50,399 nt of DNA, from the NCBI GenBank assembly GCA_020536535.1, contig JAHLWZ010000388.1, forward strand, positions 1 through 50,399, given 5' to 3'. Below, piece after piece: positions 22,101 to 35,082 of the stretch. The position numbers and the translations under genes were made by a program. Positions within the stretch are counted from its first letter, which is position 1. Each line of letters starts with the position of its first letter. This DNA comes from Pelomyxa schiedti. Its lineage: Eukaryota; Protista; Evosea. The notes under the pieces were generated by a model. The model was not told the DNA's origin, did no database searches, and was given only the letters and a program-made list of their open reading frames with translations.

Positions 22101-25100
22101 TATCAGTGGCCTCAGTTTTTTTCACATTGGTTGTGTTCCTGTTCTTCCTCAGGCACCTCAGCAGTGTTGTTTTCCCCACACCACCATCACCCACAAGTAA
22201 AACCTTGTGACTCTTCCACTCAACAGGCTCACCACTGTACATCACAAACTGCTTCATTGTGTCCCATTTCTCAGCCCTGAACCTGCTTGGGATTGTGTCC
22301 AGAGGATTTTCCGTCAGATTGACAAATTTGACTCTGTGCATCCATTGAGGAAGTGCACTCAGTTGGTTGAAGGACAGGTCAAGTGACTTGCAGCAAGCCA
22401 CAAATTCCAAAATGGGGGGAAGAGTGCGCAAATTGAGGAAGGACAGGTCCACGTCTTGATGTGACAATGCTCCAGAAAGGCCAACTTCCTGCACTGCAGT
22501 CCAGTTGTGGGCCTCAACCCACACTCGAAACAATCTCGAGACAACTGACAGCAGTTTAAAGCCTGGCTTGAAGGTCAGTAAAATATCAAGCAGTTGGCGC
22601 ACCGCAGTTGGTCCCATGTCTCTCACATTGACACCATTTTTGAAAATCAATGATTCCACCATCTCTTTGAATTTGGAAAGATTGGAGGCTGTCTGGATTG
22701 CAGTTTGAAGAAGTGTGACACATGATTCCTCATCTTGGATGACTGTTGGCACTTTTACCTTTTTTACTCTTGGTTCTGGGTCTTGGATTTCTGTTGAGTT
22801 GGGTAGTATCTGAAGGCCTCTTTTGATGGAGCTCCCCGCCATTTCCTGTGAGCTCGATGCAATATCCAACATGATATCAATCGCATCTTCTTCTTGTTCT
22901 GGACCGGCCCAAATTGGGAGATACTGCTGTGCAGCATTCAACACAATGTCCAGTTTTGTGCTGTCACCCACTGCAACACAACCTCGCATTGCTTTCTTGA
23001 AATTGGAGCTATCTCCCGAGTCGAGGTTGAATTCAGTGATCACTGAATTATAAAGAGAAATATTTTCACCAGTGAGATCCTCAGGTCCAAGGTTATTCAC
23101 TGAGGAAAAGAAAGAAGGAGAACAGTTCAGAGAGAGCAAAGACAGTTAAAAAAAAGAACAAGCAAAAAGAGAGAACACCAACACACACAGATGGGAATGC
23201 AAAGGCTTCGGAGAATCTTGTTTCCTTCATTTCCATCAAGGACCACTGAAATAAGGTGAACATGTTGGAGATGGTGTGTTGGGAGTCTTACCTCTCCACT
23301 CCCCTGCTGGATGAAGGCCGTGTATTGTGTCATAAATAACAGTCAATTTCTCGATCCTTCTGTTTCGTTTCAAAGCGGCAAAAACGGTGGAATCAATCCA
23401 ACTCCCTTGTTATTTCCAGTGTGAGTGTGTGGGTGAAGAGAAGAGAAAAGGGGGAAAAGGGATACAATGAAGCTGGAGTTCTTTGATGCTGAAGTTTGTT
23501 CCCAAGAGTGTCACAAACTTTTCGAAGTCCTTATCCTCACATTTTGCGTTTCCTTTCAGAGAATGAGGAAATCAATTTAATATATGATGGGGGGAGAAGA
23601 GAAAGTGAAACTGGAAATGTCTAGTGACGAGAGTTGATCCATGAGCATGAAAATCCACTTCTCACTTCCTTGGGTCAGTGAATCTGCGGTGATCAGTCAG
23701 TGAACCTCAATAGTCTCAAAGGGAGGTTTGGGGAAGGAGAACACACTCTGGAGACTCAAACTGAAGTCATGCCTCTGGAAAGATTGAACAGCTTTGACAA
23801 CGGCTTTTACAGCACGCTCTGAGAGAACAAAGTCTGCCACCAGATATTTTAGTGTTAACCATTACACTCACAAAGGAAAAAGGGAAAAAGGGAAAAAGGG
23901 AAAAAGGGAAAAAGGGAAAAAGGGAAAAAAAAGGAAAAAAAAAAAAGCAAATGGGGTTTGGGGTGAAGAACCGGAGAGAGAGAGCGATTTCAAGGAAGTG
24001 CAAGAACTCAGGTGTGTTGATATTGCCTCCTCCAATTTTTCTTGTTCGGGTCGATTGAAACCTGTCAAACACAAACAATCAATTGGTTTGGCTTGAATGT
24101 TTTGAAAAATCATGGGGGATGCTACTGATTGAAGACCCAATTGCACAATATTGGAGTTTGGTGCATTGAAAAACGGAGGAGAGCAACTCATTGTCAGCCA
24201 CAGTCAAACCTTCACAAAGTAAGTGCAAGCTCCAAATTTGAAACAGTCGGCTCACAAACTTTTCAAAGAAAACTTTGGGCATATGTCTCTGTTGGCAGAC
24301 ACAATCTTGGTCAGGACTTTACAGTCACTGAAGCTGTAATAACCTTGATCTCAATTTTAGTTTTTTTGTTCGTCAAGGATATGACGAACCGATGTCAATG
24401 ACGACTTCGTCAGTTGCCTGACTGATGATACTTTGGCTGTCCCTTGTTGTCCACGAATATCGGAAACTTTCTGGCCCAGTTGCTGCGAGATTTAACGTTA
24501 TCCTTTTAATTGATAAATGGTATCCATTTGGGGATCCAACCTGGGTTTGGCTCAAACTGCGTTTTTGTGCTGAAACCTCCGATTTTGGCACCTTTGTGTG
24601 CCTCCCTCAGTATGTCTGAGACTATTGTCGCACCTGTCCACTCGGTGATTTTATCGGCGCAAAACTAAAAGTTAGTATTTATCAGAGACATATCAAGAAA
24701 GTATGAGTCTTGTTGCAAATGGATTGGGGTTGCATATACCATTGAAGCCATGGCAAAGCACTCAATCAACCCAACAGCTGCACGGGGAGCATTGTCAGGA
24801 TCGAAACCAGCAACAAAAAACAGGAATGGCTGCTGTGTTGCCTGGTTTTTTGCCCACGAATGCCCGTAAAGTAACTCCAAAGTTTCAGGAATTTCGTCGA
24901 AGAATGCACGATCATTTGGAGTGCAAACAACAAGAACAACTTTCATTGCTCCCTGTGCACATCCTCGGAACTCTTGAGGCCTAAAAATTCCTTAATTCCT
25001 TTCTCTGGATTTCTAGGAAACTTTTTTCAAATAATTACAAATAAAAGCAACAAACAAAGAAACAATAAAACGAGGCACGAATATATACCCACACAATAAT

Positions 25101-25621
25101 AGTAGTAGTAGTAAATACAGGTTACTAGTGCCGGACAAACCCCCACCCCACCCCATGCGCACACACCTGTCCACATAAATCAATTCCATGGAGTTATCAA
25201 CCCCCAACTGCACCACCACCCCCCCCTGCCGCTCCCCCTCCCCCGTGTCCCCCTGTGCCCCACCCCCGCCCCCCCCTTGTTGTTCCCCCCCCTTGTTGCC
25301 CTTGCTCCCCTTGTTCCCCTTGTTCCCCTTGCCCCCCTTCCCCTTCCCCTTCCCTCCTGCGCCCCCACGCCCGCGGCGCCCGCCCCCCCGAGTCGCTGCA
25401 GCGTCCTCCTCCGCTGCTGCCAGGACGAGGCGGGCCACCGCGTCGGGGGAGGGTGCCACCACGTAGCACTTGGGCGGCGCGCTCTCGTCCGGCGGCGCGT
25501 CTCGTTCCTCGTGGTGGTGGCGGCGCTCGTCGGGGCGGCTACCACTCGTGGTGGTGTTGGTTGTTGTCGCGTCGTCCCCCTGGGCGTCTTGGGGGATTGT
25601 CGCTGTGGGGGTCTTGGACAT
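19125..25621 (-). CDS. Roco-family kinase B (degenerate GTPase-like N-terminus, LRR-like region, ROC, COR, kinase)
   Basis: ATG at 25621. GDGGVGKTT in ORF 21982..23139; ROC-COR-kinase N-lobe in ORF 19742..21985; DFG/APE exon in 19424..19648; last exon 19125..19403. The glycine loop is altered (SQGCFG) and VAVK reads VVVK. Confidence 0.88.
23875..23946. repeat. Intronic (GGGAAAAA)n microsatellite in Roco B
   Basis: Directly visible 8-mer repeats; a polypyrimidine tract on the coding strand. Confidence 0.9.
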
Positions 25622-25716
25622 GTTGTTTGCTTTTTTTTACGTTTCGTCGGGGAGAGTTGGTTATTATTCTTTCGGAACATTCTCGGAACTCGAACACTGC
25701 AGTGTAAATACCACCG

Positions 25717-25777
25717 ATCCTGAGCGACGATAACGAAAAGTACAGCGTTCCGGTCTGTGGATTATTTTATTCAGCCA
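25717..25777. promoter_or_regulatory. 61-bp upstream element of Roco B; reverse complement of 33710-33770 upstream of Roco C
   Basis: 59/61 identity to the reverse complement of 33710-33770; lies 96 bp upstream of the Roco B ATG. Regulatory role is inferred from position only. Confidence 0.5.
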
Positions 25778-25941
25778 TTTACTCCTGGTCTAAGGGAGAA
25801 GGAATCTTGAGGACTCAGAGGGGCGAACAGGTTTTCGCCTAAACACGAACTTAACGACAAAGATCGACGCAACAGCAGGCACTCCGGGTGTACGCGTTAA
25901 CTTTTCAGTTTTCATTTCTTATTGTTTATGCATAATAGGAA

Positions 25942-26780
25942 ATGGTTGACTGGATGAGCGCTCAACAACAGTCGCAGTTTTTGAAGTACAACCAGTGGGT
26001 TGTCATGCAAGGGTCAACTGGGGGTGTTTTCCTCACTGGGCCAACTACTAGGAGCTGTGGTCGGTCACATTCACGTGAGGAAGCATTGCTTGTAGAAATA
26101 GTCCCCCTTTCTGCTTCTAGGGTATTTGTGCTTTGCAAGGTCATTTGAAAATTTCTCACTTCGAGTTATTTCTAGTCAGGACAAGCAGTCTTGAAAGGCG
26201 ATCCCTTTTATCTGAGGACAAGGGACCAACAATATCTGCAGGCTGTTTGCATTTAATTAATCGTATTTCTAATGCCAGATACAGAGGGGGAACTTGATAT
26301 CCGAATCCGGGGACTTGACCTCAGTGCATGGTTCTGAGAGGTTCGATTTTGTTCTTTCAAGAAACCCAACGCAAACAGTTGATATCCCTTGGGACGGTAT
26401 TCTGTCATCTCGTCATATATATTCACTACATTATTATTACCCTTAGTTACAGCACCACCGCCTTTTCTTAAAAATAAAAATAATAATAATTGCCACTGGC
26501 AGAGACAAGGATAATATCTCTGATATATAATTCTAACGAGATAACTACAACAACAACAGATGCCAATCAGCCACTTGGATCACCAATACTTCTCAGCAGC
26601 GAGATTGGAATCACATTTGGAGGCACAGCCGGCAACGGATTCGCGAGCACGAGGGACCCCAACAACTCCAACAGGCGTGCAATGACACTCAGGGATTCCG
26701 ATAATCCCTCCTGTGTTGTCAACTGGTGGGCTGCTCACGAGAGACTTCGTTTTCACGCTGTTGGTGGATACAACCTCTAG
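25942..26780 (+). CDS. Putative 4-exon gene (~230 aa), possibly beta-trefoil-like; 5' end uncertain
   Basis: Three GT-AG introns give consistent phases: ...PLSASR|SGQAVLKGDPFYLRTRDQQYLQA|IQRGNLISESG...DIPWD|ETRIISLIY...GGYNL*. This links ORFs 25942..26148 and 26490..26780. Confidence 0.5.
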
Positions 26781-26890
26781 TTCCCCCACTCAAAATTCAC
26801 AAACGGAATGAAAATAATAAATGGACCATTTATTATTGATTTATTGGAAAGGAAAATTCCTTCGAAGTGACGGGGGTAGTAAGTACGCGG

Positions 26891-29800
26891 TTAGAAGCCA
26901 GCAAGACCGAGAATATCGGTCATTGTGGGACGGGCACGTGGGTCGCGGACCCAGCAGTTGACCACGATGGTCTTGGCCCAACCGGGTAGTTCCGGTGCCG
27001 GTGGTGATTTTGGCAATTTCGGGAGTATCTTGCCGAGCCCCAGATCTCGCGCAATGTCCGAGGGTCTCATGGTAGCCTGCCGGTTTCTGTGGACCCGGAA
27101 ATATGTGGAGTCGGCCTCAAGGTGGCTGAACGGCGAACTTATGGGATCCATCAGCTTGAAAACAGCCATTGCTTGTTTTTGTTTGTTTTGTTTGGATTTT
27201 GGAGTTAGAGCCGGAGTACTGGCAAAGTGGGGAATTTACCAAAGCTCCAAACATCGGCCTTCGTATCATACTTTTCCAGATTGAAATCTTCGGGCGAATA
27301 TATTTCCAACATTGTCTCTTTTACTCCCAGAGTGCCTCTCCGGGAGTCTCCTGCTCCGGAATAAAGAACTTGTGACAGACCAAAATCAGCAATCTGGATA
27401 AATACATTGTTGAGCAATAGAGCCACTGAAAAAAACGGAACCTTTGCCCAAGGGCCGGGGCTGGATTCATCCAAGGAGCAAATAAAAATGTTTCCTGTGA
27501 ACTATTATTCTCCACAAAATTAAGGAAGGAATAATAGAACCTGTGTGGAGGTCACCGTGAACAATGGGAGGTTTCCGGGTGTGCAAAAATTCCAGGCCCC
27601 GGGCCACGTCTTTCAAGATCTTCTTCCTCATGCTCATTGGAAGGACTTGGTCCAAGAATCGGGTGGTGTTTTCCCCTTTTTCAAGACACACCCGCACCAA
27701 GTCGTTCAAGTCCGGTTTCTTGATTTTAGTGTCTCCAAGAAGTTTTATGACACTCGGTGGAATGATGGGACAAATAAGCTCCATCACCAAGGAAAGGTTC
27801 GGGACAAGACAAGCACCATAGAACTTGACAATATTTGGATGCGCGGAAACTGCGTTCAGAAGTGTTGTCTCAAAGATGAACGCTGCAATGGCTTGGGGTG
27901 TGACCACCTCCTCCAATGGTTGTTTTACAGCCACGAGTTTGTCCTGATATGTTGCCTTCCGCACTTGCCCAAAACCTCCTTTGCCCAATGGTGGCTGGGG
28001 AGATATCTCGAGTTCTGCAGGAGCAATCACAGGCAAGTGCTCGAGGAGGATATCTGGTGCAATTTCTGTCAGCTCCACTTCAACACTTTCTGTCTTGTCA
28101 GCTTGGCAAAGCAGATACTTCGTTCCTGATTTTGCCGTTTCAAGGACTGTTTTTTCGGGGAAACATGTTGTGTTTGGTGGCAGGCACACAACACTTTTTA
28201 CAGGCTCAGGCTCTGTGGGTGGTGCCGCTGGCTCAGGGGTGGCTGCTTTGTGATGGTGGTGATGATGATGGGGTTTTTGTGTTGGACCAGAACGTAGAAA
28301 TTGAAGCAAGCAATGGGAGCAAGGAAAAGAGGTCTCCAGTCCAATTAATAAATCATTGTAGGCAGACTCCATGAATTGCTTGATCAAAGTCATAACATAG
28401 ATTATCAAGCTCTTCCTTTTCCACAGTGGTGTTTCTTCTTTGGTGGTGATATTCGGTGCTGACCCTTGGGGTGAATTCGCTGGCTCCTCAATTGTGGTTT
28501 GCATGCAAATGTTGATTGCATGTTTTTTATCTTCGTCTGTTGAATGTTGCATGACCTCGTGTGTCATAAGCAGTTTCTGCTTTATTACGGACGAGGGTGC
28601 TGAATCTTGGAGACTGAGATTTTCGATGACGAGACCTTCGTTCCATGCCAACAGAGAGACTGTTTCTGGAAGTCCAAGCACCATCACCATCAACCTTGGG
28701 AAAAACCCAACTGGGAGAAACTTGAACTTGAGAACTCTCCCGCTCATGACAACCTTGGTGCTCGGAGTGGCAGGTGAGGCCCAGAACGAGAGCGCTTCTT
28801 CACTGCCCTCTGAAGAACACTGCGCAAGTTCTGGGAGAAGGGAAGGAACAAGAAGGCGGCCATCAGGCATGTTGAACAGGATATCAAAATTTTTAAGCAG
28901 CTCAATAAGGCTGTCATGATGGCATTGAGGGAGCCCAGAAAAAAGCTGAGGGATATGCTTCTTGAGCACGAAACCATTTTTGACCCAGCCGGTTGTTCTT
29001 ATGCTGATCACTGATGTCATCACCTTGGAGAGGTAAGCTGGTTTCAACACAATCAACTCAGAAAGTGCGATCCCAGGTTTTTTCCCTGGAAGGATACATT
29101 TGCCTGATTTCTGTGAAGATTGCCCCATCAGAGTGCTGCGCACTTGCTTCTGGTGCCTGAAATGTATGATGCTCCCAGCATCCAACAGGAAGTCAGAGCA
29201 CATGGTAATTTCTCCTTGATCAAGAACATCGCTCTTCCCAACACCCTTTGACTTTGCAATTGCAACATAGTCGTTCCAAACAGTCGTCTCTGCTGGCATG
29301 GCCGTCAGGTGATTGTGCAATTGAACCCAGTCTGATGATACAGCAATCTGACGGGCATCGGCGATTTCCTCCAATTTGTTGGAAAGTCGCTCCACAACAC
29401 CCTTAACAGCCAAATTTTCCGTTTCAGTGAGTATAATACCATCTCCAGTGGCCACACTCAGAGCGAAAACTGCATCAAACTTCTTGTCATGGGCTTTCAT
29501 TATTGACCGCAAAGCAGTGCAGGCAGGCTTGGTCTCAGTTTTGTCAAGGTGTGTTCCAACAAGAACAATATGAACCTTCTCCCTAAGCTCCTCTCCCCTG
29601 CTTTCGGTTGCTTGATTGAATGACAGATTTATCTGATCCACCCAATACTTGATTTTTGGTGGAAGTATCACAGAGTCACCATCCCATTGCACAAGTGCCA
29701 AATCGAAAAGTAACAAGAACACAGAGCTGCTGCACAAGAAGAACTGATGTGATGGGTAAAGCACATCTTGACCTCCTGCAAAATTTTGTGTGCAATCAAT

Positions 29801-32800
29801 CTTTTAAAAATGGGAAATGAGAGGTGGGGCAAACACACCCAAATCCCAGGCAACCCATGTGTGTTCACTGCGGCTGTTCAACTTGAATGGTGGAGGGATA
29901 GAAACTCCATCAGTGGCCTCGTTTTTTTTCACATCGGTTGTGTTCATGTTCTGCCTCAGGCACCTCAGCAGTGTTGTTTTCCCCACACCACCATCACCCA
30001 CAAGTAAAACTTTGTGACTCTTCCACGGAACAGGATCACCACTGTACATCACAAACTGCTTCATTGTGTCCCATTTCTCGGCCCTGAACCTGTCTGGGAT
30101 TGAGTGCAGAGGATTTTCCATCAGATTGACAAATTTGACTCTGTGCATCCATTGAGGAAGTGCACTCAGTTGGTTGAAGGACAGGTCAAGTGACTTGCAG
30201 CAAGCCACAAATTCCAAAATGGGGGGAAGAGTGCGCAAATTGAGGAAGGACAGGTCCACGTCTTGATGTGACAATGCTCCAGAAAGGCCAACTTCCTGCA
30301 CTGCAGTCCAGTTGTGGGCCTCAACCCACACTCGAAACAATCTCGAGACAACTGACAGCAGTTTAAAGCCTGGCTTGAAGGTCAGTAAAATATCAAGCAG
30401 TTGGCGCACCGCAGTTGGTCCCATGTCTCTCACATTGACACCATTTTTGAAAATCAATGATTCCACCATCTCTTTGAATTTGGAAAGATCGGAGGCTGTC
30501 CGGATTGCAGTTTGAAGAAGTGTGACACATGATTCCTCATCTTGGATGACTGTTGGCACTTTTACCTTTTTTAATGTTGAGTCTTCCTCAGGAATTTCGA
30601 TTGGCACGGTTTTTAAGCCCTTTCCAGCCTTAGTTGGGGCTAACTGAATGCCTCCTTTGATGGAATTGCCCGCCAACCCTCCTGTGTTTGATGCAATGGC
30701 CAACATGATATCAATCACATCTTCTTGCTCTGGTCCTGTCCAATTTGGGAGATACTGTTGTGCAGCATTCAACACAATGTCCAGTTTTGTGCTGTCACCC
30801 ACTGCAACACAACCTCGCATTGCTTTCTTGAAATTGGAGCGAACTCCCGAGTCGAGGTTGAATTCAGTGATCACTGAATTATAAAGAGAAATATTTTCAC
30901 CAGTGAGATCCCCAGGTTCAAGGTACTTCACTGAGGAAAAGAAAGAACGAGAACAGTTGAGAGAGAAAAGACAGTTTAAAAAAAAAAGAGAACACCAACA
31001 CACACAGATGGGAATGCAAAGGCTCCGGAGAATCTTGTTTCCCCCGTTTCTTTCAAGGACCGCTGAAATAATACACAAGGTGAACATGTTGAAGATGGTG
31101 AGTTGGGAGTCTTACCTATCCACTCCCCTGCTGGATGAAGGTTGTTTATTGTGTCATAAATAACAGTCAATTTCTCGATCCTTCTGTTTCGTTTCAAAGC
31201 GGCAAAAACGGGGGCTTCAATCCAACTCCCTTGTTATTTCCAGTGTGAATGGAAGAGAAAAGGGAAAAAGGGATACAATGAAGCTGGAGTTCTTTGATGC
31301 TGAAGTTTGTTCCCAAGAGTGTCGCAAATTTTTCTATGGCCTCAGCCTCACATTTTGCGTTTCCTTTTTGAGAATGAGCAAAATCAATTTAAAATATGAT
31401 GGGGGGAGAAGAGAAAGTGAAACTGGAAATGTCTAGTGACGAGAGTTGATTCATGAGCCCGAAAATCCACTTCTCACTTCCTTGGGTCAGTGAATCTGCG
31501 GTGATCAGTGAGTGATACTCAGTGGGCTTGGAGTGGATGGCTGGGGGGAAGGGAGAGAACACACTCTGGAGACTCAAACTGAAGTCATGCCTCTGGAAAG
31601 ATTGAACAGCTTTGACAACGGCTCTTACAGTGAGCTCTGAGAGCACAAAGTCTGCCACCAAATATTTTTGTTAATATTTCCAAGGAAAGGGAAAAAATAA
31701 ATGGGGATCACGAACCGGAGAGAGACAGCGTTTTCAAGGCAGTGCAAGAACTCAAGTGTGTTGATATTGCCTCTTCCAATTTTTCTTGTTCAGGTTGGTC
31801 GAAAGCTGTCAAACAATCAATTGGTTTGGCTTGAATATTTGGAAAAAGCAGATGATACTGATTGAGGATCCAATTGCACAATATTGGAGTTTGGTGCATT
31901 GAAAAACGGAGGAGAGCAACTCATTGTCGGCCACAGTCAAACCTTTCAACATTTCACAAAGTAAGCAATAGAACCTCCAAAATGGCACAAACTTTTCAAA
32001 GAAAACTTGGAGCAGAAATCTTTGTTGGAAGACACAATCTTGGTCAGGACCTTGTAGTCACTGAAGCTGTAATAACCTTGATCTCAATTTTAGTTTTTTT
32101 GTTCGTCAAGGATATGACGAACCGATGTCAATGACGACTTCGTCAGTTGCCTGACTGATGATACTTTGGCTGTCCCTTGTTGTCCACGAATATCGGAAAC
32201 TTTCTGGCCCAGTTGCTGCGAGATTTAACGTTATCCTTTTAATTGATAAATGGTATCCATTTGGGGATCCAACCTGGGTTTGGCTCAAACTGCGTTTTTG
32301 TGCTGAAACCTCCGATTTTGGCACCTTCGTGTGCCTCCCTCAGTATATCTGCAAATATTGTTGCATCTGCCCACTGTGTGATTTTATCGGCGCAAAACTA
32401 AAGCTAAATTAATAGATATGCTATAAAGTGCATTGGGGCCATATACCATTGAAGCCATGGCAAAACAATCAAGTAATCCAACTGCTGGATGGGAAGCAGG
32501 AGAACAGGAAGTTGCATGATCAGGATCGAAACCAGCAACAAAAAAAAGAAATGGTTGCTGTGTTGCCCTGTTTTTTGCCCACGAACGACCGTAAAGTAAT
32601 TCCAAAGCTTCTGGAAGTGCGTTGAAGAATGCGCGATCAGTCAGAGTGCAAACAACAAGAACAACTTTCATTGCTCCCTGTGCACATCCCCGGAACTCTT
32701 GAGGCCTAAAAATTCTTTAATCACATGTCTTTGTAGTTTTTCCAGTAACTTTTTTTCCTTTGTTTTTTAAAGAAAAAAAGAACTATAAAAATCCCCCCAT

Positions 32801-33636
32801 GAGCTCCATCCATCCACCCACACACATACACGCACACACCTGTCCACATAAATCAATTCAATGGACTTATCAACCCCCAGTTGCACCACCTGACCCTTCA
32901 CACTACCACCACCACCTGCATCCCCTCCTTTCCCCTTGCCCCCTGTCCCCGTACCCCCCTTGCCTCCCCCTCCTCCGGTCTCGCTCTCGCTCTCGCTCTC
33001 GCTCCCGTACGCCCCCGTGCCCGTGCCCGTGGGCGTGGCCGCGGCCGCCGCGGTTGGCTTGTCCACCACCACCGCCGGAGACGCTCGTGGGGTGGCGGGG
33101 CTGCTGGGGATGGCTGGCGAGGCCGATGGCGGGGGTGGCGCGGGGGCTGCCGCGGCCGCCGCTTCCTTTGCGGCGCGGACGAGGCGGTCCAGCGCGTCGG
33201 GGGAGGGTGCCACCACGTAGCACTTTGGCGGCGCGTTCTCGGCCGGGTCGTACTCCCCGCCGTACTCCTCGTCGTTGTCTTCTTCCTCATCCTCCTCCTC
33301 CTCCTCCTCCTCCTCCTCTTCTTCTTCCTCCTCCTCGTCCTCGCCGCCGCTGTCGTCACCACCATCGGCGGCCCCCCCGGCGTCGCGGTCTCCTTCGTGG
33401 GCGCCTGGTGGGACGGCACCCTGCGGATGGGGCTCGGGATCGGGCGGCGGGGGGGCGCTCGTGGTAGTGGTAGTTGAGGCGGCGGCGGTGGTGGTGGTGG
33501 TAGCCGCGTCGTCGCCGGGGTGTCCGGGCTCGTCTTGGGGGGTAGGTGTATTGGACTTGGACGACCTGGATTTGGATTTGGATTTGTACTTAAGGGATGG
33601 GGGTGTGGATGTGGACGTGGAAGTAGATGTCGACAT
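26891..33636 (-). CDS. Roco-family kinase C (degenerate GTPase-like N-terminus, LRR-like region, ROC, COR, kinase)
   Basis: Likely ATG at 33636 (MSTSTSTS...). GDGGVGKTT in ORF 29804..31087; ORF 27467..29764 has GTHLD, GKGGFG, VAVK and HGDLHTG; DFG/SPE exon; TAA at 26891-26893. Confidence 0.88.
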
Positions 33637-33709
33637 TGTGATCAGTTGGTTCGCTTCTTTTTGTTTTTTTTTTTCCGAGGAAACGTTGATGTAATGCATA
33701 AACAACACA

Positions 33710-33818
33710 TGGCTGAATAAAATAATCAACAGACCGGAACGCTGTACTTTTCGTTATCGTCACTCAGGATTGTGTCATCACCCAGTCTCAGCGGTCGGGT
33801 GTTTTTTTTATTCAGCCA
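33710..33818. promoter_or_regulatory. 13-bp perfect inverted repeat (TGGCTGAATAAAA ... TTTTATTCAGCCA) bracketing 83 bp upstream of Roco C
   Basis: Arms at 33710-33722 and 33806-33818, within the 190-bp intergenic region. Function is inferred. Confidence 0.55.
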
Positions 33819-33825
33819 AATGGTA

Positions 33826-34932
33826 CTAACCCAACAGCGAAATTTGCATTGGGAAAGCCACTGGAAGGGGCCACCCAACAATTTCCACATTGAACATTGG
33901 ACACCCAGAGTGAACTTCATGCACAGTGATTCCACTGGTTGAAACCAGAAAAACAAAACCAGCCTCAAATTGAACACTCCCACACTGTGACCCCAGTGAC
34001 ACCACTTTCACAAGCTTGGTTGTCCCAGAAGAGCAATCCCAAATATCATAAGAGTTGGTGTGCCCTTCACTGCAAATGCAGAACTGGAAGGCACTCAGCT
34101 GAGACAGTACCACACCCTTGTTGTAGTCTGCCAATCTTCTGGCACTTGAAGTGCCTTCTTCCAACTCAATAAGAAAGAACATGTATCCTTGGAGGACAAC
34201 CATCACAAACAGACGGCTTCCACCTTCTTTCCTTCTCATTATCACGGTTGCCCTCAAGTACCAGGCCACCCCCTCTTGTAATGGCAGCCAAAATGTCGTT
34301 GAGCTCCACAAATCAAGTGAAGCTGCCCCCATTGAGTGCTCCACATCGACAACAATACACACAACAGTTGGCCAGAGTGACAACCTGTCAGCAAGCACAA
34401 TCACCATCTGGTTCGGTTCCACCATGTCAAAGCTCATTCCCTCCATCTCCAGCTGCATCCCACGATAGTTTGGAACCACCAAATCACTGTCTGCTCTCTG
34501 TCCCGGCCTCTTCGTGATACTCAGCAGACCGCATTCCCCAACCAACAAAGCACTCCCACCAGTGACAATCCACGCCGTGTTTGCAGCCACCCACCTTGAC
34601 CTGTACACACCAAGTGGTGGCTCAGTGGCGCTTCCACTCCTCCCCATGGATTCACACACACCAAGTGCAGTGATTCCACACACAGGTGACACACCAAAGG
34701 AAATCCACTCACTGGCCCAACAATGTGGCTTCTTTCCCTTGATCCTCACGGCCATCACCTTCTCGGTCAGGAGCTCAGCAATCGAGTCCCACAATGCACA
34801 CAACAACGCCGGACCCTGCGATCCCAAAACCCTCAACTTCGACGAGGAAGAAGCAGATGCCCGGTTTGAGGTCGAGGACGCGCCAATGAGGAACGTGATC
34901 AACTGCGACCACACGAGGGGGTTGGCATCCAT
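33826..34932 (-). CDS. Orphan-family protein, paralog of 35083-36327, beta-rich (possibly propeller-like)
   Basis: Single-exon ORF, likely starting at MDANPLVWSQL. Shares VWSQLxTxLxG, LRxLxxxGxxL..WDxxAxxLTE and WxSFGVSPxCGIT with its neighbour. Confidence 0.7.
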   Translation of the reverse strand: MDANPLVWSQLITFLIGASSTSNRASASSSSKLRVLGSQGPALLCALWDSIAELLTEKVMAVRIKGKKPHCWASEWISFGVSPVCGITALGVCESMGRSGSATEPPLGVYRSRWVAANTAWIVTGGSALLVGECGLLSITKRPGQRADSDLVVPNYRGMQLEMEGMSFDMVEPNQMVIVLADRLSLWPTVVCIVVDVEHSMGAASLDLWSSTTFWLPLQEGVAWYLRATVIMRRKEGGSRLFVMVVLQGYMFFLIELEEGTSSARRLADYNKGVVLSQLSAFQFCICSEGHTNSYDIWDCSSGTTKLVKVVSLGSQCGSVQFEAGFVFLVSTSGITVHEVHSGCPMFNVEIVGWPLPVAFPMQISLLG

Positions 34933-35082
34933 CAAAAGAGAGGAACGGCTGAAACTGGGGTGATCAAATGTGCGGCACCGCGTAACTCTGACCCCACGCC
35001 CGTTTTCGGGGTTGATGAATTCCCACTTGTGGGTTGCCGCGTTTGACGTCGGTTGGTGATGCATCGGACGAATTTGCTTTTT

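Noticed and set aside
32760-33720. Many overlapping ORFs on both strands over the GC-rich first exons of the Roco genes (also 14259-14705, 25013-25733, 48842-49702)
   Set aside because: Shadow ORFs caused by high GC and low complexity. Only the frame with KCYVVAPS...ELxYVDR is conserved across all four copies.
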